Shown here: positions 37,684 to 48,249 of the stretch, piece by piece
How the letters are laid out: every line of letters starts with the position of its first letter
Numbering within the stretch: position 1 is the first letter of the stretch
Virus record (IMG/VR): IMGVR_UViG_3300032313_001035
Origin: a virus
Strand: one strand, 5' to 3'
Length of the DNA stretch: 64,000 nt
The notes under the pieces: generated by a model
What the model was told of the DNA's origin: nothing
The model's database searches: none
The model's input: the letters and a program-made list of their open reading frames with translations, nothing else
Program-made: the position numbers and the translations under genes

Positions 37684-37713
37684 ATTTATTATTTAAGGAC
37701 AATTACTAATATT

Positions 37714-38796
37714 TCAATAAGAACTTACCCATGCAACTTCATTCGCAGTGATAAATACGGCATTACCATTAAAACCACTAAGATAATCCGCGCTGAGAGA
37801 TATTGACGCTATATTATTATCTATAGTAGTGATCACATTATCAGGTAGTTTGTAGGCAGATATGGTTGGAGATTTTGCAGTATCGATTTTAACATAAGTT
37901 AATTTCGGTATCGATGTGTTAGCACTTAGATACCATGTATTATTATAATTAAGATTTTTACCATAGAATGCATAAAACTTATCATTCAAATCTGATACTA
38001 CCAATGAACCTTCATGAGGATTACCATTTATAAAATAATTTGTAAGTTGCGGGTAAGCACCGACTGAAAGAGATTCTGTTTGAACACCAATTGAACTGAT
38101 GGCATCAAATAGATTGTAATCACAAAATCTATCACTTACTGGAAGTGCGTGGAAATCTGCATTTATTCTATAAATTGAAGCTTGTTTTGGATTATTGTCA
38201 CTTTTAAATAACCAACCTTTGATAGTAAAACTAGTTTCAGCAGAAATTCTCCATTTCGTATCGGGTGATAAATCTTTTGGATTATTGTAACTCACATTAC
38301 CAGACCATTGAATTTCAGAACGGATTTCGTCTAAAAATGGTAAGCCAAATTTTTCTGGAAATTTCCAAGATACTATAATATACGGATTACAATTAACTAC
38401 AAAATTTTGAATAATTTGATCCAGATCTTCTTTGAAGTAACAAATTATATTGACCGATAATTCCAAATTAACTGGTATAGGGGTTGGTATTTTCGCCAAC
38501 CCGTTACTAGCGTCTAATTGTTTCCTATATAAAAATTGATCTTTATTCTGTATACGATTCGAATCCCTACTAAGACTTGTTTGTTCTATAGTAACAACAG
38601 GAAGTGTTAGGCTTTTAGCTCTATCACTCAAGTCGTGAAGCACTCTATGTTTCGGACCGTGGACATATCTCACTTCTATTTTTTCTTTATCGACCTTAGT
38701 TCTCGCATCATATCGATATACGAAAACATCATCGAAAGCTGATACGAAAAGATTAAGGAGTTGAGAATTTTCAAAAAAGTATGAGTAATCGTTCAC
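37714..38796 (-). CDS. gp15: Tail sheath stabiliser/completion protein
   Basis: GPKHR, TLP, PIPVNL, DLDQIIQNF..NPY, FTIKGWLF. Confidence 0.8.
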   Translation of the reverse strand: MNDYSYFFENSQLLNLFVSAFDDVFVYRYDARTKVDKEKIEVRYVHGPKHRVLHDLSDRAKSLTLPVVTIEQTSLSRDSNRIQNKDQFLYRKQLDASNGLAKIPTPIPVNLELSVNIICYFKEDLDQIIQNFVVNCNPYIIVSWKFPEKFGLPFLDEIRSEIQWSGNVSYNNPKDLSPDTKWRISAETSFTIKGWLFKSDNNPKQASIYRINADFHALPVSDRFCDYNLFDAISSIGVQTESLSVGAYPQLTNYFINGNPHEGSLVVSDLNDKFYAFYGKNLNYNNTWYLSANTSIPKLTYVKIDTAKSPTISAYKLPDNVITTIDNNIASISLSADYLSGFNGNAVFITANEVAWVSSY

Positions 38797-38819
38797 ATAA
38801 CTATTTAGTCGTATGTCAA

Positions 38820-39959
38820 TCAGAAGAATCCAATTTTACGCTCTTCGAATGAGTTAGCAACACTAGTCACTTTTTGATGATTGAATAATTCAGCCAATGT
38901 CATTTCGGTATCAACTTCAATATCCAGATTGCAATGATCTGCCAATCGTTGACATTCTGAAACAGTGAGTTTATCGAATTTATATTCCATGAATAATCTT
39001 CCTTTACGAAGGAGTGCTGGATCAATTTTCGTTAATTCGCAATTGAATGTGCAAATAACTTTCATTTTCATCGAGTCTTTCAAAAATCCATCGGTAATAC
39101 CAAGTATGTTCTGTGTGCCAGAATTTCTATCTACGGATAAGATTTCTTCAGCATCTTCAATCAATAACACACTACCTTGATTGTCCAACATGAATGAAAT
39201 AAAAGATGGCTGCGAGATCACAGAGACCATAGAGGGTGGAATATAGATAACATCATATTTACATTTCGTAATCAAATTTTTAATAAAATTGGATTTTCCA
39301 GTGCCTGGTAAACCGTGTAATAGTAGTAGATTTTCAGTATCATCTGATGTAACAAAGTTCAACATTTTATCATATGGAAACTTATCACCATAATACAAAT
39401 CGTATCTATCATCTAGAATTGGAATATCGTTGAATGATGTTTTTAATTTAGTCAACCCTTGGCTATTTTGCGAAATCATATAAAACTCTTTTTGAGTAGA
39501 ATATTCAAATATAATATCCAAATTTAAAAATTCATTCAAGAAATTTAAAATTTTATCTTTATTTTCCAATAGTGGAGTAAAGACAATAAGTATACCTTCT
39601 GAATCACGAGGAGTATCAAATTCAAAGGGTATAATAAGATTATCAGGGACAGGAGAAGGATTGATAGATATTGATATCAACATTGAAAAATCATCATTAA
39701 AATAATGTCCGAGTTCATATTCATGAATGTTATATTGTCGGACAGTATTAAACGCATGCTTTTTAAGAAACTCATGCAATCTGTGGATATACTTTTCAGA
39801 TATAGAATAATTTTTTATATGTATCGATGTCGATGATAAATTACCATACTTTTGTTCAAATAAGGATGGATATTCCGATTGAATAGTAAAGGGTTTTACA
39901 TCATCGACCCAATAAATGTTGTCGAGACATTTTAGTATTTCTTGTATATTATTAATCAT
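38820..39959 (-). CDS. AAA+ ATPase
   Basis: HGLPGTGKS, LLIEDAE, IDPALLRKGRL. Confidence 0.9.
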   Translation of the reverse strand: MINNIQEILKCLDNIYWVDDVKPFTIQSEYPSLFEQKYGNLSSTSIHIKNYSISEKYIHRLHEFLKKHAFNTVRQYNIHEYELGHYFNDDFSMLISISINPSPVPDNLIIPFEFDTPRDSEGILIVFTPLLENKDKILNFLNEFLNLDIIFEYSTQKEFYMISQNSQGLTKLKTSFNDIPILDDRYDLYYGDKFPYDKMLNFVTSDDTENLLLLHGLPGTGKSNFIKNLITKCKYDVIYIPPSMVSVISQPSFISFMLDNQGSVLLIEDAEEILSVDRNSGTQNILGITDGFLKDSMKMKVICTFNCELTKIDPALLRKGRLFMEYKFDKLTVSECQRLADHCNLDIEVDTEMTLAELFNHQKVTSVANSFEERKIGFF

Positions 39960-39963
39960 ATTT

Positions 39964-41589
39964 TTAATTGAATCGTTCGATAAAGAATTTAGGGAGATTT
40001 TTTCCGTTTCTAATCATAGCATCATAAATGCTACCGTCAAGGATATAAGTATCACAATAATCATTTTCATTTCTTACGCTTCTACCACACGCTTGAACAA
40101 GTGTCTTGAACATCGCATTTGAATACCAATTCTTATCAATTTTCATTAGTTTTTCAACCCGAACATCTTTAACAGGGGGCCATGGTGCTTTCAATATAAT
40201 TTGAAATCTCGATAAATCATCTTTTAAATCAACACCATACGTCATGGATGGTGAAACCAAAACAGTGGGGTGATCACTATTTTCATGCATTTCCAAAAGT
40301 TGTTCATTATTAACACCTGCTTCCCTGACGAGTAATCGATTAGATTTTATATTATCTCGGATATAATCAGTCAAATATTGAGTATGAGTATGGATAATAC
40401 CTTTTTCATTTGGATGATTGTCGAGAATACCACGAATCTGTTTCATCAATTTAGGCAACATGTCCTTAAGATTTTTATTATTCAATTTCTGTTCAGCCAT
40501 GATATAAATCGGCGATTTCTCAGGATTAAAATCAGATGGTATATGAATATATTCATAATCAGTAATACCTAAAGATTTACAATAAGCTGGAACATCGATA
40601 ATAGTAGCAGAAAGTATAACAACCTTTTCAGCATGTCGGAACAAATGTTTGGACAAAACATCGACTTTGAGCGGAATGAAACGAATTTTCGAATCCAATC
40701 TTTCTATAATATATTCACTTTCGTAAAATGTTTCATGTAAAAGACCTAAAGAATTTTGAAGGTTTGACAGTTTAGTATACTCACCTTTTTTCTTATTAAA
40801 CGTGATAATGTCTTTTTTGTGATCATTTTCAGAAAACCATGACTTATAACTTTCCACGGATTTATTAACATTGACTATCAGTCCTTCGATCCATGAAAGA
40901 ATTTTAATTTTGTTGGTAATATCATTTGGTAATGAAGATACTAAAGTCTGCGTCTTCATAAGAAATGTAATATCAATTTCTGAGGTAAATTGAGATACCA
41001 ATTGTTCTTCTAATTCAGATCCCTCATCACAAACCATGATTTCCCTTCTTTTCAAATGAGACGGTAATGAAAAGAACATGCTATAATTCAGTGTTGAGAA
41101 TTTGGAAGTCAGCATTCTATTACGTTCATTGTAATATGGACAACGGTTAACTGCCCAACATTCGTCGCGTTGTCGTTGACTATGAATGCAAGGCGCAACA
41201 TCAACAGATAATGTGTCATCGATACCACATTGATAATTACCCTTACCTTTCAATAAGCCACTATCATTGAATGTGTTTTGATATTGGTCTTGGAGAGACT
41301 TGGTAATCGTGAGGGCATAACACCCAAACGATTTAAAATTGGACATCAATTGTTCACCATTTTCACCGAATATGGTGTATCTGTTTACATAAGATACAAA
41401 ATCTTCAGGAATTTCTTTGGATGCATTACCAAGAGTTTTGGCAATATGTGTTTTTCCAGCACCTGTATCAGCGTGAACGATTACAAATTTTTTGCCATTA
41501 TTGAATGCTTTTTCAATTTCATTCAATGCATATGATTGTTTTTCTCGTGGTTGGTATCCCTCTGGAAATTTGAATATTAGATTGTTCAT
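39964..41589 (-). CDS. DinG/XPD-family helicase
   Basis: ADTGAGKT, LQDQY, Fe-S Cys, ILSATI, GVDL, QACGRSVR. Confidence 0.88.
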   Translation of the reverse strand: MNNLIFKFPEGYQPREKQSYALNEIEKAFNNGKKFVIVHADTGAGKTHIAKTLGNASKEIPEDFVSYVNRYTIFGENGEQLMSNFKSFGCYALTITKSLQDQYQNTFNDSGLLKGKGNYQCGIDDTLSVDVAPCIHSQRQRDECWAVNRCPYYNERNRMLTSKFSTLNYSMFFSLPSHLKRREIMVCDEGSELEEQLVSQFTSEIDITFLMKTQTLVSSLPNDITNKIKILSWIEGLIVNVNKSVESYKSWFSENDHKKDIITFNKKKGEYTKLSNLQNSLGLLHETFYESEYIIERLDSKIRFIPLKVDVLSKHLFRHAEKVVILSATIIDVPAYCKSLGITDYEYIHIPSDFNPEKSPIYIMAEQKLNNKNLKDMLPKLMKQIRGILDNHPNEKGIIHTHTQYLTDYIRDNIKSNRLLVREAGVNNEQLLEMHENSDHPTVLVSPSMTYGVDLKDDLSRFQIILKAPWPPVKDVRVEKLMKIDKNWYSNAMFKTLVQACGRSVRNENDYCDTYILDGSIYDAMIRNGKNLPKFFIERFN

Positions 41590-41642
41590 AGTTCTGCGTT
41601 GCGACTATATCATGTCGCTAAAGAGCAGCATACTATAATATT

Positions 41643-41972
41643 TCAAGATGTCAAGACAAATAAATAATTGTTGAAGAATTTTGAAGAATCGCTTTTTTTC
41701 ATGGTCATCATTTTCCAATAAGATTCCTCAGTTCTTGGGCAAAATGCGCTCAATGAATAATCAAAAATATAACCATTGTTTGTGTTTTTCACATTATATG
41801 GATACGAAATCTCCCATTCTTTCATTTCACCATCCATTTCTATTTTGAATTTGATGAAATTTTGTTTCACGTTAAACATATGTATTTTTCCTTGTTTTAT
41901 CGTTTTGTCATTTAAGACAAAAGATATTTCACGAAAAATCATATTTTTTAAATATTTTTCTACCCTATCCAT
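41643..41972 (-). CDS. Hypothetical protein
   Basis: ORF in operon. Confidence 0.65.
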   Translation of the reverse strand: MDRVEKYLKNMIFREISFVLNDKTIKQGKIHMFNVKQNFIKFKIEMDGEMKEWEISYPYNVKNTNNGYIFDYSLSAFCPRTEESYWKMMTMKKSDSSKFFNNYLFVLTS

Positions 41973-42376
41973 GTGTCAATTACGTTATCAAGATCCATAT
42001 ACCTCATTTTTTCTTGAGGGCTGAGTGTTAGTATCGATTCGTTAAAATACTCCCAAAATCTATCATCTGCGGGTATTTTTTGCATCAAGTAACATTCATC
42101 CATATTTACATTACGATAATCTTGCATCATGATGTCCCAAGTGACTAACAAATTATGTTTTCGATCATCAATTTTTTTAGGTACAAAAGAACCACGGTAG
42201 TTCAATACCCTTAATCCGTTTTCAGACCGAAGAATCTCTGGACTATTGGTACAGAGCATCTGCCGTAATAGTGGTCTATTCGGAGCGCGTTCTGGTCGTC
42301 TACGAACTATCAATATATCACATACGTTTCTATTGAGCATCCGTAGGAGACCCAATCTAGTTACCTTTTGAAGCAT
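41960..42376 (-). CDS. Hypothetical protein (WYL/SH3-like)
   Basis: RQMLCT...VTWDIMMQDYRNV pattern. Confidence 0.6.
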   Translation of the reverse strand: MLQKVTRLGLLRMLNRNVCDILIVRRRPERAPNRPLLRQMLCTNSPEILRSENGLRVLNYRGSFVPKKIDDRKHNLLVTWDIMMQDYRNVNMDECYLMQKIPADDRFWEYFNESILTLSPQEKMRYMDLDNVIDTWIG

Positions 42377-42776
42377 TTATTTCACAAACGCCAAACATGC
42401 GCTGCTCATTCAAGAACAAACCGTTCTTAATTCTACCATGATCTTTTACGTGCAGATTGGTAATAGGAATTCCCATATTATTAGGGAACACCACAATGTC
42501 GCCAATTTCAGTATAACGAACATTTGGACCTTTTAGGATGACTTTACCCTTGCGCCATGCGTTATGGATTTGAGACACTGGCACTGCGATACCACCCCTT
42601 AAAATATAATCACCACCTTCTTCACCAGTGTGAAGGTCACAATATTCAACCAATACGGCATCATCATATAATTTAGACAATACATAATCATCCAAACCAA
42701 AGTCACTCGGAAGTGAACCATCACTGAGATCAATATGTGATTTTTGAGGAGCTAATACATCAATAGATATAGACAT
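42357..42776 (-). CDS. GroES-like co-chaperonin
   Basis: RGGIAVP...GKVILKGPNV...GDIVVFP...FLNEQRMFG. Confidence 0.75.
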   Translation of the reverse strand: MSISIDVLAPQKSHIDLSDGSLPSDFGLDDYVLSKLYDDAVLVEYCDLHTGEEGGDYILRGGIAVPVSQIHNAWRKGKVILKGPNVRYTEIGDIVVFPNNMGIPITNLHVKDHGRIKNGLFLNEQRMFGVCEINASKGN

Positions 42777-42797
42777 GATAATATTTATTGATGTATT

Positions 42798-43070
42798 TTA
42801 AATGTCAACAGTTATTTTTTTCTTTTTAGAAATATATTTGATTTTTTTCTTCTTTAATTTGGGAATTATATTTCTATAGAATAAAAATTTATCATCGTCA
42901 TTATCAAATATTTGGGTATACTTATTCAAAGTGTTATTAGCATAATGTAATAGCTCAGGACTGTAGAAGCTCAAATAACGAGTTGTCATATAAGGTGAAA
43001 ATTCATCCAATAGTTCATTAGTGATTTCTCCTTTATCTTCGTATAATAAATTGTTGATAGTATTAAACAT
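42798..43070 (-). CDS. gp62: Clamp loader small subunit
   Basis: FSPYMTTRYLSF...YAN.LNKY...FYRNIIPK. Confidence 0.65.
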   Translation of the reverse strand: MFNTINNLLYEDKGEITNELLDEFSPYMTTRYLSFYSPELLHYANNTLNKYTQIFDNDDDKFLFYRNIIPKLKKKKIKYISKKKKITVDI

Positions 43071-43833
43071 AAAAAATATTCATATCACTACGATATATAT
43101 CTTGATAATATCGATGTGGTAAATCAGCAAACCATACTGATGGGAAGTAACATTCTTTTTTACCTATCAAAGATGCCCACCATGAGAATGTAGAATTGCT
43201 GCCAATAATAATATCACACATACTCATACGTGTCAACTCTTCAATATCTGTATTCAAAGAAATTATTTCGAAATTATATTCTGAAAATTCTTGTCTCACT
43301 GCTTGTTTACTATCAGTGAATACTTTAATATCACAATCTTTATATTTTTCAAAAAAATATCTAAAGTATGCAGTATTACAGACATGTAATCTTTCAGTAA
43401 AATTCATATAATCACCTCGTCTGATATGTATACCAACTTCGATTTTGCCAAAATTTTTATTATCAATGGGAACATTTGGTAGACATAATTGTGATATAAA
43501 GTCGTCTTTATATTCTTCAAAATACTTCATTGTTTGAAAGTATCCATTTAAATTGATATTACCACCAAATTCAGGAATTTCATCGTATCCAAATCTTTTT
43601 TCGCGATAAATTGGTGTGTCATAGGATGCCAAACCATATTTAAAATTTTTGAATAAACCATCCATATATGTCAATGGGTGATTTCCTTGGTCGGCATGCC
43701 ATCTCGAAATATTTAAAATCAAATCCTTATCATATTTTTTGGAATATGCATATCCAACCGCAGATTGAAAGATTTGATTGGCAACACCGCCCATCAAATC
43801 AATATAACATTTTTCATTTTTAATAGTATTCAT
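43063..43833 (-). CDS. GT11 alpha-1,2-fucosyltransferase-like
   Basis: GGVANQIFQ, GYFQ, HIRRGDY, NSTFSWWA. Confidence 0.9.
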   Translation of the reverse strand: MNTIKNEKCYIDLMGGVANQIFQSAVGYAYSKKYDKDLILNISRWHADQGNHPLTYMDGLFKNFKYGLASYDTPIYREKRFGYDEIPEFGGNINLNGYFQTMKYFEEYKDDFISQLCLPNVPIDNKNFGKIEVGIHIRRGDYMNFTERLHVCNTAYFRYFFEKYKDCDIKVFTDSKQAVRQEFSEYNFEIISLNTDIEELTRMSMCDIIIGSNSTFSWWASLIGKKECYFPSVWFADLPHRYYQDIYRSDMNIFYV

Positions 43834-44576
43834 GATTGTAATGCCGATATAATTGTCATGTCGGGTCTATATATATCTGAAACATTTCGTCCTTTTAACC
43901 ATACATCAGGAACGATAATTTCTTTCTTTTTTGGACCTAGTAAACTCGCCCACCACGAAAATGAGGAGTTACTACAAATAATTTTATCGTATTGTGATAT
44001 TAGCGCAAGATCTTCTAATTCTGTATTGCCAGTTATAATGTTCAACTCACGATGTTGGAATTCATCTCGAACATAATCGGGTGAGTCCGTAAACACGTCA
44101 ACATATTTTAATTTAAAACGCTTAAATTGTTTTTCGAAATATGTTGTATCGCAAACATAATGTATATGATCATTGATCAAATAATCACCTCTTCTAATAT
44201 GAAAAGCGATTTTATCCATAATCGGTGATATTTTTGGAAGTTCTAATAAATTTATAAATTCATCTTTACAATCTTCAAAATATTTTAATGATTGAAAATA
44301 ACCAGACAATACGACATCACCATCAACATATGGCAATTCATCATAATCCTCTCGTTTTTCGGCAATAAGAGTCGGGGTGGATTGAATTCTACCAAATTCA
44401 AAATTTTTAAAAATTGTGGATTTATACATCGAGGGAGGATTTCCCTGTGCAGCGCTCCAGTCTAGATCGTTAATAATCAATTTTTTTCCATGCCGTTTAG
44501 CATATGCATATCCCGCAGCAATCATAAAAATTTGATTACCTAAACCACCTGCAACATTCACATAACAATTATTCAT
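43830..44576 (-). CDS. GT11 alpha-1,2-fucosyltransferase-like
   Basis: GGLGNQIF, GYFQS, HIRRGDY, NSSFSWWA. Confidence 0.9.
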   Translation of the reverse strand: MNNCYVNVAGGLGNQIFMIAAGYAYAKRHGKKLIINDLDWSAAQGNPPSMYKSTIFKNFEFGRIQSTPTLIAEKREDYDELPYVDGDVVLSGYFQSLKYFEDCKDEFINLLELPKISPIMDKIAFHIRRGDYLINDHIHYVCDTTYFEKQFKRFKLKYVDVFTDSPDYVRDEFQHRELNIITGNTELEDLALISQYDKIICSNSSFSWWASLLGPKKKEIIVPDVWLKGRNVSDIYRPDMTIISALQS

Positions 44577-44599
44577 ATTCAAAATTTCTTTCAATGTTT

Positions 44600-45415
44600 T
44601 TATAATAATTTATCCACGATATCATTCATGTTATTTTTTGTTTGGAATCCCATATTTTTTATTTTTGATGTATCTAAATACATGGATTCGACTTGAACTA
44701 TTTTATGGAAATCTGTCGGTTCCATATTTCCTATTTCACTGGAAGAATCGAGTGCTTTGTATGCGTAATCTATAATATTTCTGAATAAAATTGGTTTTCC
44801 ACTTGATAAATTATAGGTTTCCCCATTCTCCCCTTTATCCATTAAAAATTCAATGCCTGATACGACATCATCTATATGAATATAATCTCTATAAAAATTG
44901 CCATTATTATAGAGATTGATGGGACGATTTTCTTTCATCTCATTTATCAAATATTGTAGAGCATTTTTCTTTTTTGAAATTTTAGAATCAGAATTACCGA
45001 CCACATTACCCAATCTAATTATTTTATAATTAATACCGAAAGTTTTGCAATAAGAATGAATTAATAATTCTGCTGCATATTTTGTTATCGAATAGAATCC
45101 TCTTGGGTTACAAATTGAATCTTCTTTGGCTGGTAAAGTTGTATCGCCATATACGAACCAAGAACTTATAAAAGTAAATTCGATATTTTTTATTTTTTTA
45201 CATTCATCCAACACGTTCATCAAATGAATAAGATTCGTGTTTATATCTATTTTAGAATCTGTCAATACATTATAATTATCAACAGTGCTTATTAGATATA
45301 GAACTTTTTCACTTAGAGGAGTAAAAGAATTTCTATCTATAATTATAACATCGGACTCTTTTTTATTACAAAAAGCCTGACCCACAAAACCGCTACCACC
45401 AAATACAGATATCAT
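44600..45415 (-). CDS. NAD-dependent epimerase/reductase
   Basis: GGSGFVG, YSITK, RDYIHIDD. Confidence 0.9.
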   Translation of the reverse strand: MISVFGGSGFVGQAFCNKKESDVIIIDRNSFTPLSEKVLYLISTVDNYNVLTDSKIDINTNLIHLMNVLDECKKIKNIEFTFISSWFVYGDTTLPAKEDSICNPRGFYSITKYAAELLIHSYCKTFGINYKIIRLGNVVGNSDSKISKKKNALQYLINEMKENRPINLYNNGNFYRDYIHIDDVVSGIEFLMDKGENGETYNLSSGKPILFRNIIDYAYKALDSSSEIGNMEPTDFHKIVQVESMYLDTSKIKNMGFQTKNNMNDIVDKLL

Positions 45416-46698
45416 TGGAATTTTGAAATTACGTCTTCAATATAATCAAACACTGGCTGCGTGTAATGCGGTGCAGCCCCGACAAAAAATACAGAATTCA
45501 ACACTTTGTTAGCTTCTGGGTATTTTCTAAAATCGTCCAAGTCTTTATATCCAGGATGTAATAGAATATTTCCAGCAAAATAATTTCTTGTTTGAATTTT
45601 GTTATCTTCCAAATATTTCACGAGTCTATGTTTAAGACCGATATCTTCACAAATAAAAGGTGTTCCAAACCAACAAGGATCAGCTTTTCCCAAAACTTTT
45701 GGACTTCTAATATTAGCAATATGTTTGTTGAATATTTCTGATATTTTATGATTGGAAATTCTTCTGTTGGATTCAATTTCATCTAATTTTTCAAGCTGAA
45801 CTAGCCCAATAGCACCTTGCAAATCCAAAGGTTTTAAATTATACCCCATTTCAGAAAAAACATATTTATGATCTATAACACCATCAAAATTTTCCAACCA
45901 ATTATCAAATCTATTACCACATGTTCCACATGGGAGTAGATTTGCCGCACCAACACAATAACAATCCCTACCCCACCAACTCAAACTAACAAACAATTTT
46001 TTAAGTTCGATGTCATTTGAACACACCATACCACCTTCTCCTGTTGAGATGTGGTGAGCAGGATAAAAAGAATTAGAATACGCTACATAATATTCATTGA
46101 GATATTTCCCATTCCACTTACTTCCTAAACTATCACAATTATCCCCCACTAAAAGAATGCCATGTTTTTCACTGATAGCAATCAATTTATCCATGTCTGG
46201 GGGATTTCCCAAAACAGGAGAAACGAAAATAGCTTTTGTTTTATTTGTTATTTTGGATTCGATTTGATCAATATCAAAATTTAAAGTATTCCATTCAATA
46301 TCGACAAATACAGGAGTTAATTTATTTTGATGAATGACTGAGACAGTAGTAGCAAAACCAACAGGTGACACGATTATCTCATCACCATCTTGCCAATTGA
46401 ATCGTCGTTTTAATGCTGCAATTAAAATAAGATTCGCGGAACTTCCAGAATTTACCATGTGTCCATATTTGGTATTAAATCTTTTAGAAAATTGACTTTC
46501 AAATTTATGAACCTTTTCTCCAGCAGTGATCCATTTACCATTTAAAAATGAATCTAATGCTGCTTCGGTCTCTCGATTATCCCAGTATGGACCAGAATAA
46601 TATATTGGAGTTTTACCAGCTTTAAATTCATTTGCATTGTAGATATACGGTGAAACGTGATTACCTACTAATGTTTTAATATCTTCTTTTAAGATCAT
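45412..46698 (-). CDS. rfbH: RfbH/DdhC-type NDP-4-keto-6-deoxyhexose 3-dehydrase
   Basis: VNSGSSANL, SFYPAHHI.TGEGG (His, not Lys), GRDCYC...TC Fe-S motif. Confidence 0.85.
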   Translation of the reverse strand: MILKEDIKTLVGNHVSPYIYNANEFKAGKTPIYYSGPYWDNRETEAALDSFLNGKWITAGEKVHKFESQFSKRFNTKYGHMVNSGSSANLILIAALKRRFNWQDGDEIIVSPVGFATTVSVIHQNKLTPVFVDIEWNTLNFDIDQIESKITNKTKAIFVSPVLGNPPDMDKLIAISEKHGILLVGDNCDSLGSKWNGKYLNEYYVAYSNSFYPAHHISTGEGGMVCSNDIELKKLFVSLSWWGRDCYCVGAANLLPCGTCGNRFDNWLENFDGVIDHKYVFSEMGYNLKPLDLQGAIGLVQLEKLDEIESNRRISNHKISEIFNKHIANIRSPKVLGKADPCWFGTPFICEDIGLKHRLVKYLEDNKIQTRNYFAGNILLHPGYKDLDDFRKYPEANKVLNSVFFVGAAPHYTQPVFDYIEDVISKFQ

Positions 46699-46704
46699 AT
46701 AATG

Positions 46705-46732
46705 AATTTAACATATTTTTTTGAAATGTCAA
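46705..46732 (-). promoter_or_regulatory. Sigma70-like promoter with near-zero leader
   Basis: TTGACA-N16 (ending TGT)-TAAATT-N6-ATG of rfbH. Confidence 0.6.
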
Positions 46733-46736
46733 ATCA

Positions 46737-47411
46737 TTAAATAGTCAAATATTTTGGATTAAAAATATAACATTCCAATCTTTCAATAATCCACGGCGCG
46801 ATTTCTTCTTCTAATAAGAAATCAACAATTTTTTTATAAAATTCTTTACTTCTAATTTTAACATGCTCTTTTGTTATCGCAAAATGTCCACCGGGAATAA
46901 ATTCGTAACGATCTGGAAGGGTTGATTTGAAAAATAAATACCAATATTTATCAATATCAATTAATGGATTTGAATCTTGTGGCATACCATCACTATCACA
47001 ATATAATATATTACCATCTCCATGATGAGTGGATGGATATAATTTCCACATAATACCACCATTTGAAGAGGGTACTTGGATAGTATTCCAATGATACCCA
47101 TAATAACCTCCTATTTTCAATTGTTCATTTTGTGTGGTGGGAGTATCATTCACAATTTCGATTATATTTTCCCAATGATCAAAAGGATAATCCTGTGCGA
47201 AATATGTTATGTCAGAAAGATTATTATAATTTTCGAAAATATGATTAAAAAATGTGTGTACACATCTTCCTTTATTATTATCGATATAAATTTCATTTAT
47301 ATCATTATTTTTATTACCTTTTCGATATATAGTTTTTTTCACATTCGAATTTAATCCATTCAACCAATTCAAATCTTTATCATATGCAGCTATTACTATT
47401 TCTTTTTTCAT
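46737..47411 (-). CDS. DUF3431-like protein
   Basis: NKGRCVHTFFNHI..NY..L, FAQDYPFDH, PWIIERL. Confidence 0.7.
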   Translation of the reverse strand: MKKEIVIAAYDKDLNWLNGLNSNVKKTIYRKGNKNNDINEIYIDNNKGRCVHTFFNHIFENYNNLSDITYFAQDYPFDHWENIIEIVNDTPTTQNEQLKIGGYYGYHWNTIQVPSSNGGIMWKLYPSTHHGDGNILYCDSDGMPQDSNPLIDIDKYWYLFFKSTLPDRYEFIPGGHFAITKEHVKIRSKEFYKKIVDFLLEEEIAPWIIERLECYIFNPKYLTI

Positions 47412-47463
47412 TTAAAAATACGTATATTCTTTTTATTTAAAACTAATAATTTTATTGTTGGGG

Positions 47464-48249
47464 TTAATTGACAAAATATTTTTTTAGGTTTTTTTTATTT
47501 TTAATAATGTATTCAGGTAATCCCGTTTCATCTATTCTATAACCATTTTTTCTCATCTCCATATAATTTTCGTGATAAACGGGGTGTGAAAAATCTGCTA
47601 TTTTTTTATCTACACCCCCCAGTGCATTGAAATGCCATCCACCATTTTCGATAAAAATATATTTATGATCCATAAATCTACGAGTTCTTAAATGGTTCAA
47701 ACATTCATTTTTGATATTTTTATACTTGGTTATAATTGGTCCTGTGAAATAAGTCCAGTTTTCATTTGTTCTCACATTTAAATATTCGATATAACAATTA
47801 TTGATCATGGGCTTATATACACCATCTTGAATATCGATGTTTAAATCATAATTCCATATTTCATCGACATCACAAACATAACAAACATCATTATCATTCA
47901 AATCGACTAATGCTTTTTTAATACATTCTTTTTGGTAAAATTCTATTAACCAACAATAATGTTCTCTTGTAACATTAGGACTGTTCAATGCCATGTTAAA
48001 ATATTCTTCGTCACATCCATTGCTATCTTCAAATGTTTTCGGTGATCTATCTATTTTATAATGAATAATTTTATCATGAAATTTTTCAAATTGTTTTTTA
48101 TTTTCTTCATAATAAAAAGGTTTATCAACACCACTAAATGTTGTGTTCGCTTCCACTAACACAAATTTATCAACATGTGGATTGAGAATATTCAATCTCA
48201 ATTCCAACATGTCGAGTTCGTTATTAAAACTAAAAATATCGTAAATCAT
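47464..48249 (-). CDS. GT17-family glycosyltransferase
   Basis: FNNELDMLELRL, VEANTTFSG, DVDEI, GGWHF. Confidence 0.85.
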   Translation of the reverse strand: MIYDIFSFNNELDMLELRLNILNPHVDKFVLVEANTTFSGVDKPFYYEENKKQFEKFHDKIIHYKIDRSPKTFEDSNGCDEEYFNMALNSPNVTREHYCWLIEFYQKECIKKALVDLNDNDVCYVCDVDEIWNYDLNIDIQDGVYKPMINNCYIEYLNVRTNENWTYFTGPIITKYKNIKNECLNHLRTRRFMDHKYIFIENGGWHFNALGGVDKKIADFSHPVYHENYMEMRKNGYRIDETGLPEYIIKNKKNLKKYFVN

